64,000 nucleotides of DNA from NCBI RefSeq assembly GCF_006345805.1, contig NC_043009.1:61938001-62002000 (forward strand). Direction: 5' to 3'. This DNA comes from Octopus sinensis. Lineage: Eukaryota. Below, in pieces: positions 1 to 12,756 of this stretch; position 1 is the first letter of the stretch, and each line of letters opens with the position of its first letter. The position numbers and the translations under genes were made by a program. Under the pieces are notes generated by a model, which saw only the letters and a list, made by a program, of their open reading frames with translations, was not told the DNA's origin and did no database searches.

Positions 1-554
1 AAAATGGCTCTTCCACAGTGTAATTGCTTCGGTTTCAATATAATGGTTTGAGATCAAGTTGCTTGCCAACAATTGTGAAGTAAACTGTTTTATTAACACT
101 GCAGTTCTATGGCTTTTCAAATTTGTTAAATTTAATCAATACAGTGTTTCAAAATAACCTCAAGCACCTCTTTAATACATACACGCTTGTGCACACACAC
201 ACACCCACACACACATGCACATCCACACCCACACACATCCACACCCACACACATCCACCCACACACAGAGTCCTTGTCTTGTGAATGAATTTGATAGTTG
301 AAAATGAGCAGATGCGTACCATACATGTGTGCGTGTGTTTTTCATTTCTTGATGATTAGTGTTGGTTTGTTTGCATCCCTGAATAATAGCAGTCAAGCAA
401 AAAGAAACCAAACATAAATGTAAGAACTGGAGGTGGTTTAATTGACTAAATCCTTCAAAGTAGGACCTCACAATGGCTGCGGTCCAGTGACTAAAGCAAG
501 TAAAAGAGAGTGTGTGTGTGTGTGTCTTCACACATACTGTCACACATTCTCTCT

Positions 555-830
555 CTTTATATATCATGATGTTGATATATCAGATGGTGTTATACATCAC
601 TGGTCACAATGTGCTTTGCATTGTCTTAGATTTCGAATGATGCTACCCTGCTGGCTAGGTGAGCAGGCCAACATTCCCCACTTAATCAGAAGGCTAATCC
701 ATCATATACCCATCTACAGCTGAGTGGACTGAACAACAGGAAATAAAGTGCTTTGCTCAAGAACACAACACGCTGCTTGGTCCAGGAATCGAACCCACAG
801 TCTTGTGTGTGTGAGTGCAATGGGGATCTC
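555..830 (-). mobile_element. tRNA-derived CORE-type SINE with RTE-like 3' tail
   Basis: Minus strand: B-box GGTTCGATTCC, then CORE-like TGTGTTCTTGAGCAAAGCACTT...CAGTCCACTCAGCTGTAGATGGG, then a tail matching 54625-54700 and 63735-63800. Confidence 0.7.
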
Positions 831-936
831 AAGAACTCAAATATGTGTCCACTGCATCTTATAGCAGAAATAGCTATAAGCTAATGAGGTTCACTTAAGA
901 TAATCATTTATTCCTTTGTCATCTTATTTTCTTTTA

Positions 937-986
<50 letters not shown>

Positions 987-987
<1 letters not shown>

Positions 988-1200
988 TTCAAAATCTGAC
1001 CGCATGTGTATTGTTGGCAATTTTCTTTCCTCTGTCTTCCCTTCCTAGGATCTTTCCTTTTCCTATGTTTCTGACGAAGAGCTCTGCTTGAAACATTAAA
1101 TTCTCCTTCTTTCTTTCCTTTCCTGAGCGTCCAATAACACTATACTTGTTCCATGTCCTCGCGTTGTGTTTTCTCTTTGTGTTTTCATGTTTGGATTAAC
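987..1200 (+). mobile_element. Penelope-like element terminal-repeat fragment in a (TA)n microsatellite
   Basis: Flanked by TA runs; carries a hammerhead-like core at 1071-1094. Confidence 0.5.
1066..1102 (+). ncRNA. Decayed minimal hammerhead ribozyme motif
   Basis: CTGACGA-A-GAGC-tct-GCTT-GAAA-CATT; the helix III palindrome AACGTT is broken to AACATT, consistent with CpG decay. Confidence 0.45.
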
Positions 1201-1530
1201 TTTATATATATATTAATTTGTAGTGTTGGAGCACCACTGAAAAGCTTCTTGTTTGTATAATGAATAAAAGTGGTGGGTGGGGGACACTTGTGCCTGGTTT
1301 TCAGAATATTTAGAGGAAGAACCTTGGAAACTGATAAAACGCTTGTCATTTATACACTGCTTCTACTGTGATTCCTACGTGTATTCAGTAGCTGTTTACA
1401 GTCAAGTGGACTGAGTCATTGAGGTTGAATGTCTTTCTCAGGCACAGTGCTAAAAATTTTGAGGCTATACTTTTGATTTGGCCAACTGTGCTGCTGTGAT
1501 TACTAATTAACAATCTGATTGGAGCTAATG

Positions 1531-2097
1531 ACCCTCATAGAGGTAATGACAAGTGACCGAGACCTTTGGAAATATGCTGTGCTTCAGAAGACTCAGCAAG
1601 CCAAGTGAGACTGTAGCCATGGCCTATGCCAGTGTTGCATAACCGGCCCATTTAAGAGTATCCTTCAGTCGTTGGGCAACATACTGTGCTTGAGAAGACC
1701 TGTTGAGTCAAGTGAAGTCATTGTTGTGGCCGATGCCAATACCACCTGACTACGTAAAAAGCACCATTTGAGCATGGTTGATGCCAGTTCCCCCTGACTG
1801 GTTCCTGTGCCAGTGGCATGTAAAAAACACCATTCGAGCATGGTCATTGCCTGTGCCCCCTGACTGACTTCCATGCCGGTGGCACATAAAAAGCACCATT
1901 CCAGCGTGGTCAATGCCAGTGGCACATAAAAGGCACCCACTGCACTCGAAGTGGTTGGCGTTAGGAATGGCATCCAGCTGTAGAAACCATGCCAGATCAG
2001 ATTGGAGCCTGGTGCAGTCTCCTTGCTTGCCAGTCCTCAATCAAGCCGTCTGACCCATGCCAGCATGGAAAGCGGACCTTAAAGATGATGATGATGA
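1531..2097 (+). mobile_element. 5'-truncated RTE-clade LINE: ORF C-terminus, 3' UTR with ~60-bp tandem units, (GAT)n tail
   Basis: 1531-1608 encodes TLIEVMTSDRDLWKYAVLQKTQQAK*, similar to the RTE ORF end at 59620-59690; followed by gtgccggtggcac units, GGTTGGCGTTAGGAA(T/G)GGCATCCAGC, CCATGCCAGCATGG and (GAT)n. Confidence 0.75.
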
Positions 2098-2939
2098 CTC
2101 CCTTCTGAGTTATATATGACTCTCTATCCACACACACAAAACTGCTAAACATTAGAACTCTCTTCTTTATCTGTCACCACTGATCAGTTCATTTTACTTT
2201 GGTTTTAAATGTCAGTGAAATGTATATTTATGATATTTTTGTATTTCTCCCTCTTCACTAGTGACACACCGGTGGCCTTCATGGCTTGCCTTTACATGAA
2301 CTTCTACCGAAAAACAGCATATAATTGACTGCCTCTGGCTGACATTTTATTGTTTGTTGTTGCTATGGAGACAATATAGAGCACCACCCTTTTAGGGAGC
2401 AGTAAACAAAGACGGTGCTTGTTGCTGGTTACAGAAATTGTTATGAAACTCAGTGGAAGGTCAATTGAGTTCGGTCAAACAACAGAGGCTCAACAGTATT
2501 TGTTTGATCTCTTCTGGAATAAATTAGAGTAAATCGTTAGCAATCAGTGCTGATCTGTGTCAGGAGATGGCTGCACAATTAATGTATGAAGCTAGATATG
2601 GTGTGCTTGTTTAAAACCAGTTTAACCCTGATCCAGCAAACCCATGATGGAGAGGTTCTGGACATGGCCATCTCGACTTTTATTCAGATGCAAGGTATTT
2701 GAGACAACATTGCCTCATATGTACTTCCTTGTTCCTAAGCACTCGTTTAGTTCTTTTCTGACAGAACTATAGTGAAATGGGTTCCATTTATGACCATCAT
2801 GTCTTTCATTCAGACACTATTTCAGACTACATTGTTGATTGCATCCTTTCTTATTATTGTTATTTGTTCAGCCTAACATCAGCCTTAGTCCAGCATCCAT
2901 CCTCATTGTCCTATGTTCATCAACGGTAGCAGCACCACT

Positions 2940-3450
2940 GTTCCCCATAAAGGTCTTAAATATGGTTCATGTGTAACCATGGTTCATCTTCCTATGTGTC
3001 AGTACCCAGAGGATGACTTGGCTGACCTGTAACTCTGGCTATCTAAACTGCAGTCATCTTCTTATTTTGTTTGTCAGCTGGAGGAGGTTGTCTTGGATTT
3101 GCCATCTGGAGCATCTGAGTTTGGCAGCCTTTGAGATACTTAGGTGTGGACCTAATCAGAGCACAAGTTTTGCATCTACCAAAAAGTGTGGGTTGTATGT
3201 ATGAAGATTCTCTTCTTGAGTTGATGAAAGAGGTAGATCTAGATATTCTTTATATCATTGAAAGTTCTTCAGGTAAGACTTTCATGTCTTTCTTCAAGCA
3301 TGCCTTGCTCTGAATAATCTGGAGTTAATGAAATCAGAAACTTGTTTGAGCACCTTGCAATCATATCTTGAGCAGCTTGGCCTTGAGCTGTTGCTTTATT
3401 TTGTTGCATTCAGTCTCTGCCACTGAGAGAAGAGCCTGAGTATATGTGAT
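2940..3450 (-). mobile_element. Very degenerate RTE-like LINE C-terminal fragment
   Basis: Minus-strand text resembles the C-terminal region seen at 41340-41660 and 46856-46995; many stops and frameshifts. Confidence 0.35.
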
Positions 3451-4617
3451 TTAATCTAATAGCAAAGCAGTATTGTTAACAACATCTAGATGAGTAAGAG
3501 TTACCAGACCAACCATTCTAGACTTTCTTGGTGAAATTATAAAAAGTCCAGCTTCTAATATCTAGGACTAAGTTATCTGTGTCCTCATTTTAAAAATAGT
3601 TGGATAAGATTTAAGAAAGATTTAACAGCTCTGCCAGGCCAGATGATCACATAGTGGCCCTCTAGTTGGCTTGAAACGTGTTCTGTGAAGAGAAGAAAAT
3701 GTAGTGTTTGATAAGTTGGATTGCATTGATAAAATTGCCTACTTTGTCATGCTGCAGCAATTTGTATCCATTTATTATATACTCTTTAAGAGTAGCAGAT
3801 GTTGCACTGTAGTATTGTTTAACTCTGTCTTAATGGGAGAGCGAGAATTAAGGTGGGTCAAGTGAGTGTTTTAAGAGGAGCTGACCATTGAAGGGTTTCA
3901 AATTCAAATCAAGTGACATTGTATAGCCTTCCTTCTTGGGGACAATGACAACGACTAATAGTTACTAGGTGTTATTGGAGACAGTGCTGGCGACTGTTGG
4001 GAACAGTGAGGAAGTAGACACCCTTAAACACAACTTCTGTAGTCATTAGATGTGTACAGTGTATACCTTACATATAAATTATGCATGCATTTATATTATG
4101 AAAGCATATGTAAAACTCAATGATGATAATGATGGTGTGTGTGTGTGTGTGTTTGCACACATTTCAGTATATGCATGTCTGTGTAAACTAGTGTGTTAAG
4201 TTTTGTCCCTTTATGTCAAATCAGTAACCTAGCCAGTCAATAAATAGAGATCGATAAAATACTAAACAGAACTAAGTACTGGAGTGGATATGATTGGTTA
4301 AAAGCTTTCAAGATGCTGCTTCAGCAAGGTAGCAGCAGCGCAGTAAGTCATTTCCTGGACTAGATTCATTCATTAAGATGATTTTTTTTTTTCGAGTGTA
4401 AGATTAATTAAATAAAATTTCTACGTTTACTACATCAAAGAATGCTAATACCCACTTTACTATATGTATATAGCAACAGTTGAGGGTTTTCGTCTTTTTT
4501 TTCCCCAATTTTCAGTCTCACAAAAGAAATTATAAGTCATTCAGTGTCACGTCACTTTGTTATCTGCCTTAATCTTTTTAACTTGTAATCACTTAACCCA
4601 TGCTTAGATTCACTTGT

Positions 4618-4653
<36 letters not shown>

Positions 4654-4887
4654 ACACAGTGGTTGGGAGAAGGTACAGATGCTGTATGTTTTAACCCTTC
4701 TAAAATATGTTATTAAGCAGAGTTCAAAAGAACTACATATGATGAAGATTATTATAATATAACCGAACAGATCCTCACCCAGTCTTGGAATTTAGAATGG
4801 CATTCCTAGGCTGCTTGCCAAAATTACTACCAGCTACACTTTTTCATTTTTGTAATTCTTCTTTTTCTTCTTCTTCTTATTATTATT

Positions 4888-6275
4888 AAGGCAGTGAATT
4901 TGCAGAATTGTTAGCACATTGGACAAAATGCTTAACAGCATTTCTTCTGGCTCTTTATGTTCTGAGTTCAAATCCCACTGAGATCAACTTTGCTAGTCAT
5001 CCTTTTGGTTTCAATAAAGTACCAGTCATGTATTTGGGTTGATATAATCAACTTACTCCCCCACTACCACCTTCAAAGTTGCTGGCCTTGTGCCAAAATT
5101 AAAAAGAATAATTACCACCTGACTGGCATGTAAAAAACACCATTCAAGCATGACCGATGCCAATGTCGCTGGACTGATGACCAATGCCAATGCCACTGGA
5201 CCGACTCCCGTGCTAGTAGCATGTAAGAGCATGACCGATGCCAATTCCGCTGGACTGACTCCTGTGCTGGTGGCATGTAAAAAACAGTGCTAGCTCCTGT
5301 GTCAGGGGCATGTAAAAAGCACCATTCAAGCGTGGTCAATGCCAGTGCCACCTGACTTGGCCCCATGCCGGTGGCATGTAAAAAGTACCCACTACAATCT
5401 TGGAGTGGTTGGCGTTAGGAAGGGCATCCACCTGTAGAAATCTTGCCAGATCAAATTGGAGCCTGGTGCAGTTTCCTGGCTTGTCAGTCCTCAGTTAAAC
5501 TGTCCAACCCATGCCAGCATGGAAAGAGGATGTCAAACGATGATGATGATGGTTATTGGGATTGTTCGGATTGGCAAAATCATTGAAGTGTTGGACAAAA
5601 TGCCTTGTGGTATTTTTGCTACAACTCTTAATGACTTGAGTTCAAATCCTGCACCCTCTGGTGTTGCTTATATAAAATACCAGTCAAGTACTGGGGTTGA
5701 TGGTATTAACTTCACTCCCTACCTCATCAAAAGTGCTGGCTTCTCACCTAAATTACAAGCAATCATTATTAGGGTGAAGATTGGCAGAATTGTTAGAACT
5801 TTGGATAAAATACTTTGTGATTTTTTTTCTAACTCTTTATAGTCTGAGTTCAAATCCTGCCAAAGCTACTTTTGCATTTTGTTCTTCTAGAGTTCATCAT
5901 CATCATATGTCTGTTTTTCGTGCTGACATGGGTTAAACAGTTTGACAGGAGCTGGCACACTAATGGGATGCATCAGGCTCCAGATGTCTGTCCTGGCATG
6001 GTTTCTATGGCTGGATATCCTTCCTAACTTGAACCATTTTTCAGAGTGTACACTGGGTCCCTTTTTACATGGCACCAGCACTGGCACTCCTTCAATACTG
6101 CTGGCACGGGTGCTTATTATGTGGCACCAGCATGGATGCTTATTACGTCCTGCTGGCACGGGTGCTTTTAATATGGCACCGACACAGGGTTAATAAAGTA
6201 AAGTAACTTTCAAGCACCGGTGTTGATTTAATTAAAAAAAACATTTCTGCACAAATCCTGGCCTTTTGCCCAAAT
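4888..6275 (+). mobile_element. Cluster of three tRNA-derived SINE copies (4888-5105, 5565-5760, 5772-6275) interleaved with RTE 3' ends at 5115-5551 (+) and 5895-6190 (-)
   Basis: Repeated head TGGCAGAATTGTTAG...GAGTTCAAATCC and body ...CATCCTTT...ATAAAGTACCAG; RTE tails with (GAT)n/(ATC)n; the third SINE is split by the minus-strand RTE end. Confidence 0.7.
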
Positions 6276-7064
6276 TACTGTTTTAGTAGTTTCATTTTTA
6301 TTGCACGCTCACAGAGCACAGCTTTGTATTCCTTTGATACCTGCAGTATTTTGTTTAGGTCTTTTTATATTTTGTTGTACTAGCAGTACAATATGTGTGC
6401 AGTGCCTAGTCATACTATTTTCTGTATGTTGTGTATATTTTTTTTTGTATGTTTTAGATTTTGACTCATCTTTCTCTTATTTGTTTCACTCATTGGTCTG
6501 GTTATCTGTATTTCTAGATCTTTAGACCTCAGTAATCTCCTCATTTTCTGTAGAGATACATTGTCTGTGGGGACAGATACTTTGATTAGGAGGTATTTCC
6601 TCTCCCTGTGGTTTCTATTAACATTACCCAGCTCATTAGTCTTGATTTCCCTGTCTGTTGATTGCATGTCCCAGAATATATCTGCACTTCAATTATCTGA
6701 TGGTATTTCGTTATTATTCTAGCATAACTCCCCATGTATGAAAGCCCCAACTCACACATTTTCTTTTGGTGCAGCCAAAACCTGGTACATTTTTTTTCTT
6801 CCCAGTCTCCTCATATTCTGCAGTTACTTAATGCTTTCTGCATCATTACATATTGTTAAGGGCTTCTTCTTAACTTTGTTTTAGCATGATCTCCTGTTAC
6901 TCTATTTTAGCTTAGTTTTAAGCTTTTATGCAGTATCTGTTGTTGTTGTTGTTGTTTCCTCTTTCCTGTTACTATTATTTCATTTTGTATTTGTTGCTTC
7001 CTTTGAAGACAGAAAATGGATTTTTGTTTTGTTTATGTCTTGTCATTATCTACATTAGCTTGCC

Positions 7065-7580
7065 GTGAAGGCATGTGGCTTAACTCTTTCGTTACCGTAT
7101 TTATTTCGAGATGCTCTGTGTTTCTTTCAATTACCTTAAATATAACAAAGAATTTAGTAAAATAACTTAGTTATCATTCAGCTAGTGTTAAGAACATAAA
7201 TTGTGACTAAGGCTCGGTGGAAGATTTTAATTCAAAAACCTATGTAAACGAGACATTTGCACTCAGAGCCAGAGCTGGTTTCAGCTGGGTTGGTAGCAAA
7301 AGGGTTAATGGTGAGGCTATTTGGCTCATAATCATAAGGTCATGAGTTCAATTCCTGGCAGTGCATTATGCCCTTGAGCAAGACACTTTATTTCATGTTA
7401 CTTCAGCCCACTCAGCTGGCAAAAATGAGTAGCACCTGCATTTCAAAGAGCCAGCTTTGTCACATTCTGTGTCCTGCTGAATCTCCCCAAGAGCTACATT
7501 AAGAGTACACATGTCTGTGGAGTACTCAGCCACTTGCATGTTAATTTGATCGGAACAACTGGAACCTTGTCGTTGTAAGC
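7065..7580 (+). mobile_element. CORE-type tRNA SINE with its A-box disrupted by a piggyBac MITE
   Basis: GTGAAGGCATGTGGCT[TAA..MITE..]TTAATGGTGAGG...GAGTTCAATTCC...CCTTGAGCAAGACACTT...CCACTCAGCTGGCAAAAATGAG. Confidence 0.75.
7084..7304 (-). mobile_element. piggyBac-like MITE, 221 bp
   Basis: TTAA at 7080-7083 and 7305-7308; termini CTCTTTCGTTACC / GGTAGCAAAAGGG; reverse complement of 9084-9304 (strand is relative to that copy). Confidence 0.85.
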
Positions 7581-8039
7581 AACAGATTGCCAGTAAGTTA
7601 TTAACTTGCCGTTGTCCTCTGACAGATATTACAAAACAGGCTAAAATAGGTTGTTTTCCCAGTTGTTCATTCATTCTCCGTGATATTATTGCACTTCAGT
7701 TGCTACATGTATTTTTTAGCATTTCTTGCTTCTGTAGTTTGGAGGTATTAAGATGGTTAAATAAATCTGAACATGAAAATTTTGAATTAGCCTAATACAT
7801 TTATTAACATTATTAATTACGCCATAAAATGAATGTCACTCGGTTTATGAATATCTAGAGCATGTAATTCTTCTTTTTTTTTTTCAAAAAATGGAATGTA
7901 TGCATTGGAGATTAAGAAAAATAAAATCATATGGCATTAATTTTTGGTTGGGTACCGGAAACAGCACTTCATCTATGACACATTGAATTAAAAATTTGTT
8001 AATTATGTTATCTGGAATGTCTTATGTTTTTTTTTATCG

Positions 8040-8395
8040 TTTATCTTTTACGTGTTTCAGTTATTAGACTGTGACCATGCTAGGGCACTGCCTTGAAGCA
8101 TTTTTATTTGAATGAATTGAGCTTAGTATTCTTTTTCCTGAAACCTGGTGCATATTTTGTCGGGCTCTTTTACCAGACTGCTAAGTTATGGGGATATAAA
8201 GACACCAACACTGGTTGTCAAGCAGTGGTAGGGGATAACACAGACACACAGACATGACAGGCTTCTTGCAGTTTCCGTCTACTAAATCCACTCACAAGGC
8301 TTTGGTTGGCCTGAAGCTATAGTAGAAGATACTTGCCCAAGGTACCACGCAGTGGGACTGAACCTGGAACCATGTGCTTGGGAAGCAAACTTCTG
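8040..8395 (-). mobile_element. tRNA-derived SINE (family of 41877-42270)
   Basis: Shares GGTTCAGTCCCACTGCGTGG-ACCTTGGGCAAGT...GAAACTG and the CAGCATGG-CACAGTC...TGAAAC 3' end. Confidence 0.75.
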
Positions 8396-8440
8396 TGTCT
8401 GCGTATTTTTCTTAATTTTTAATTTTTTTTTTTTTTGTAG

Positions 8441-9780
8441 GGTCATATAATTCACACGATTTCTTGGATTTCCTTTGTTGACTATACATGGCAGTCCATT
8501 TCCATTAGTGTTTATATCAAATACAACTTCCACTAATTGTAATGGTCATTGCAGCATTTCGGTGAATTTCTTGATTATTCTTGTGATATTTTTTGAGTTG
8601 TCACATTGTAAAATCCATGACCAGCCCAAAAAATTCTTGGCAATTTGAAGTATAGTTCTCCAAGATCTCCAGACAAACTGTATTATTCATGATATCCTTG
8701 AACTGATGTATGAGATTGACCCCCTTTTGTAAACAAGCAACCCCTATCAATGTCGCCATCATGCTCAATTGTTAGTTTCATGCATTCTGGTTGTCAGTGC
8801 CAAATAAACTTTGGCTTGTCTGACAGCATAGAAATTTTATTGCTCCTGTTGTAATTGTAACTGTAATTTGGGCCTTGAGTACTTAGACTAATAAAACATA
8901 ACCTGCTAGATTCCAGCAAAGAAGTAAAGAACTCATAATTCATTTTATGTGGATAAGAGTTATGTTATAAATAATTGGCAAAAACAAAGATGTTCTTAAG
9001 ATCAGAAACCCAAGTGAGAATGCACACAGAAGAGAAATCGATTGACCTTTCAGGAACATGACAATTTGAAATGCCATGTTTAACCCTTTCGTTACCAACC
9101 TGGCTGAAACCGGCTCTGGCTCTGAGTACAAATGTCTTGTTTTCATAAGTGTTGATTTAAAATCTTCCATCAAACCTTTGTCACAATTTATGTTCCAAAC
9201 ACTAGCTTAATGATAACTAAGTTATTTTACTAAATTCTTTGTTATATTTAAAATTAATTGAACAAAACACAGAACATCTCAAAATAAATACAGTAATGAA
9301 AGGGTTAAGAGCTAAAAAACTGTTGGTTGTCTTATCCCTAAACAAATGGAATGAATATAAGCAGAGTAGTTTTTCAGAGAAATGTCCAGATTTTCACATG
9401 CAACATGCCCCACAAACTCAAACTACTTTAGTTGATATTTGATGCCAGTGACGCCAATCTGAATTTGGTATTTCTGTTGAGCCTCATTCAAAATGTTGGT
9501 GATGGTCATTTTCTTTTCTTTCATTGACAAACAATGAATGTATTGAGTTCTCCTTTCAGGACTTTTCATGGCTGCCTTGATTTAAGACAAAGAATAGTTA
9601 CATATTTCTTTGAAGATGTCCACTAGTATGGTAAGCAACAGCTACTGGGCATCTGGAGTGGTTATGGTTTGAAAAGTCCATTTCAGCTTAGGTGGCTGCA
9701 TAATTCTGAGCTGTGTCTTGTGTCCCTGACGATGAGCTTCTCATTTAACCATCACAACAAATGCTAGGATGATATAAACA
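8441..9780 (-). mobile_element. Degenerate LINE reverse-transcriptase fragment interrupted by a MITE
   Basis: Minus-strand remnants in RT motif order (PG.DG, ..P..KK.DL, GFTKRG, GNPR for YG.P); heavily disrupted. Confidence 0.45.
9084..9304 (+). mobile_element. piggyBac-like MITE, 221 bp
   Basis: TTAA TSD at 9080-9083 and 9305-9308; TIR CCCTTTCGTTAC / GTAATGAAAGGG. Confidence 0.88.
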
Positions 9781-10059
9781 CTCAACAGTTTGTCTTGCAT
9801 AGCATAATAGCATATATTTGAATATCTAAATGAAAATACCTTCTTTTTTTCTGTTTTAAAAGTTCTTAAATTATGTGACATTGATTTTTGAGGTTTTATT
9901 AATATTGTCGATAACTGCATTATGCTAATGAAAATTTTTTTGAGAGGGAAAAAAAATTTTTCTTTATATTCATATGTAGTTTGAAATGTGTGATTAAATC
10001 AATGAAAATAATTAATGCTTATTCATCATTATACTCATCTTTAAAGTGTCACCATCATA

Positions 10060-10090
<31 letters not shown>

Positions 10091-10654
10091 AACACAGAAT
10101 GCAGCATTTAGTTGTTTGTCTTACATGACTATATTTACCGAAGTGAGGTTATATTAACTCTTATTTAATGTTATCACTGATATGATGATTATCATCACTA
10201 CTATCACAAGTATAATCACCACCGTCTCCACTAGTATGACCATTATCATCAACATCACCACCACCACCACTACTACCAGCACCCCTGCCTCTACTCTCCG
10301 TATCACCATCTACACTGCCACACTCATCACTCATTGCTATCATCACTATGATTAATAATTTATTTTTATGAAAAACAGACTGTTATTTTCTATATTTTGT
10401 GCATATGTACACACACACACACACACATGCATGCATGCACACTTGTGCTTGCACATATCCACATATTATGTACGAAGTATGAGCAAGTTAATTTGTATGA
10501 CATTTCATTCACCAACCTCGCCACATTAACGCAACTGGTGTATTGGTACCAATTGGTATTTATCTTTGACCTTCCTCTACTCTCACAAAAGAGGCACTAT
10601 TTAACCTTCAAGATCATAATAGCGGTGATGGCAGTGACTGGTTTAACTGCTTCA

Positions 10655-10830
10655 AGTAAGAGCTGAATGTTTTCACTGGAGTGGTACTTGACTATTTAGG
10701 AGACTGATTTGAGTAGACCTTCATGGAATGGTACCTGATTATTTAGCAAACTGATTGCATAAAGCTTCAGTGGTGTGGTACTCGGTTGTTTTGGATAGAG
10801 ACTGAATGGGGCTTGAGTGGCACTTTATCG
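10655..10830. repeat. Degenerate tandem repeat, ~45-50 bp unit
   Basis: Recurrent ACTGA...TTCA-TGG-GTGGTAC-TG-TTATTT motif, about 4 copies. Confidence 0.5.
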
Positions 10831-11064
10831 CATTGGCAAATATTATAGAAATAAACTGATTAAGTGGGATTTAATCAGTTAATTTTAGTTTCTGTTGAAA
10901 GTATGGCTAGCTTAACTATAATTATTTCAGATGTGCCTTGGTTCAAATCTGGTATATATAGGATATATTGATGGCATTGAGAGGTCCATGGCACAGCAGT
11001 AACCCCCTCAAAGAGGATTTTTGTAACTGAATGCTCTAGAAGTATGTTGTGCATCATCAAGTAG

Positions 11065-11390
11065 GGAAGGCACATAGCTTAGTGGTCCAGGTATTCAGTT
11101 CGCGATCATAAGGTTGTAAGTTCAATTCCCAGCAGCACATTGTGTCCTTGAGCAAGACACTCCATTTCACATTGCTCCAGTCCTCTCATCTGGCGAAAGT
11201 GTGTAGTACCTGTATTTCAAAGGGCTGGCCTTGTCGCATTCTGTGTCATGCTGAATCTTTCTGAGAACTATGTTAAGTGTATGCATATCTGTGGAGTACT
11301 CAGCCATTTGCATGTTAATTTCTTGAGCTGGCTGTTCTGCTGATAGGGATCAACTTGAACTCACGTGGGTGTAACCAACAAAGTGCCTAT
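11065..11390 (+). mobile_element. CORE-type tRNA SINE
   Basis: TAGCTTAGTGG A-box, AGTTCAATTCC B-box, TGTGTCCTTGAGCAAGACACT...CCAGTCCTCTCATCTG; body shared with 7310-7580. Confidence 0.78.
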
Positions 11391-12371
11391 TTAATAAACT
11401 GAATGGACTGTTGTTAGTGCTTGTTGTATATCAAGACCCTTAATGTATATCAGATACAGTTTACTGTAAGCAGTACATCAAGCACTCTGTTGCAACTGTA
11501 TGTTATGTAACACACATGCTATTATATTATTATAGCATGTTGGTTGTTTTACTGATGTCCAAAGATAATGTGAATATCTTTGTAGGTTACTAGTTGTTAA
11601 GTATCAGGTTAGACCTGGTCCAGTACACTTCTGTTCAAAAATGTTCCAGCTGTGACACATTATACAATGTAACTTTTATTGCTTTGTTTTTAAGCTGGAG
11701 GGGTGTGATTTGAAAGAGATTTGCCTGCTATGTCTAGCAGCTTGATTAACTACACAGAGGCTCTATCATTGGCTGGTGTTTGGTTAGAAGTTCTTAGTTG
11801 AAAATATCTGGCTGGTTTGTTCTGAATCTCCATTGATTTTAGGACTGGTGCTTATTTACAGTTTCTGTGATATGAAGTGGATCTGAGAGAGAGATTTTTT
11901 TGGATAAGATGCTGCTTTGTCACTGACAAGATTCCTCATTGAAGGAAGAATTGAACTTGCTGTTGCAAACAGCTGAATTGCTCATCAATTCTATAGTGTT
12001 GTTGCAACCTGCAGTGATAAACTATATCACTTTGTGATACCTATTTAGGGTAAGGTAAAGTATATCATGGCACCTATTTAGAACTAGGTGAACTGTTGTA
12101 CTTCTTTAGAATTGTTTTAGAACTACAATGGTCTATAAAACTTAGAACTAGGTGAATTCAACCAGTAAAGAGAATATGAAATTCTAAACTTTTTACCGTT
12201 TGTTAGGTGCACTGTCAAAGATGTCTTTTACAACAATATCTGCTTTATTATTTATGAATTTCTTGTACATTTACACATCACAGCTTTGTTAGCTTTTCAT
12301 GTGAATTTCTGGTTTGTACTTAGCTATTTCCATACCACAATTTCATTTCTGTGGCTTCACACCATATCTAA

Positions 12372-12592
12372 TTTCTTAGCATTCAGATTACTCTGTCTAA
12401 TGTAATGCTGATTTATCTACATTGTTTTGAATTGATCATGCATTATCTCATAGCTTTGAGATTTCGATGTTGTGATTGTTTATATTTTTTTAGAGTGACA
12501 TTATAAAGTAGGTGTGAGAGGCTGGTTCTAGTCAGTTTGAACACAAAAACAGAGTATTTGGGCCTGATATTACCAGTTAAAATGCTAAAGGG
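12372..12592 (+). mobile_element. piggyBac-like MITE (second family), ending 164 nt upstream of the first MIB1 exon
   Basis: Right end AATGCTAAAGGG-TTAA; decayed left end ...TTAGCATT; reverse copy at 49348-49505. Confidence 0.65.
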
Positions 12593-12756
12593 TTAAAGCC
12601 TATATGTACAGGGATTTTCTTATCAAATTCCCTCTCTGTTACCAAATTGTATCTAAGTTGTTCACCCCACACCAGTATTACTGGCAGAAGACAAACAGTC
12701 ACCGTGAGAATCACTGTATTGTTACTTATTTATTTTTTCTTCTCTTTCTGTTGCAG

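Noticed and set aside
8400-8445. Long T tract ending in TAG, a strong acceptor look-alike
   Set aside because: Leads into antisense decayed LINE sequence with no MIB1 similarity and no convincing donor.
7084-9304. Exact 2000-bp offset between the two MITE copies as a sign of artificial construction
   Set aside because: The copies are inverted, diverged and each nested in a different host element with its own TTAA; the offset is best read as coincidence.
1-12756. Expected upstream MIB1 exon (DTPLHDAISK...GFNALHHAALRGN)
   Set aside because: Not found by eye; probably lies 5' of the window. The DTP-like text at 2260-2275 does not continue as MIB1.
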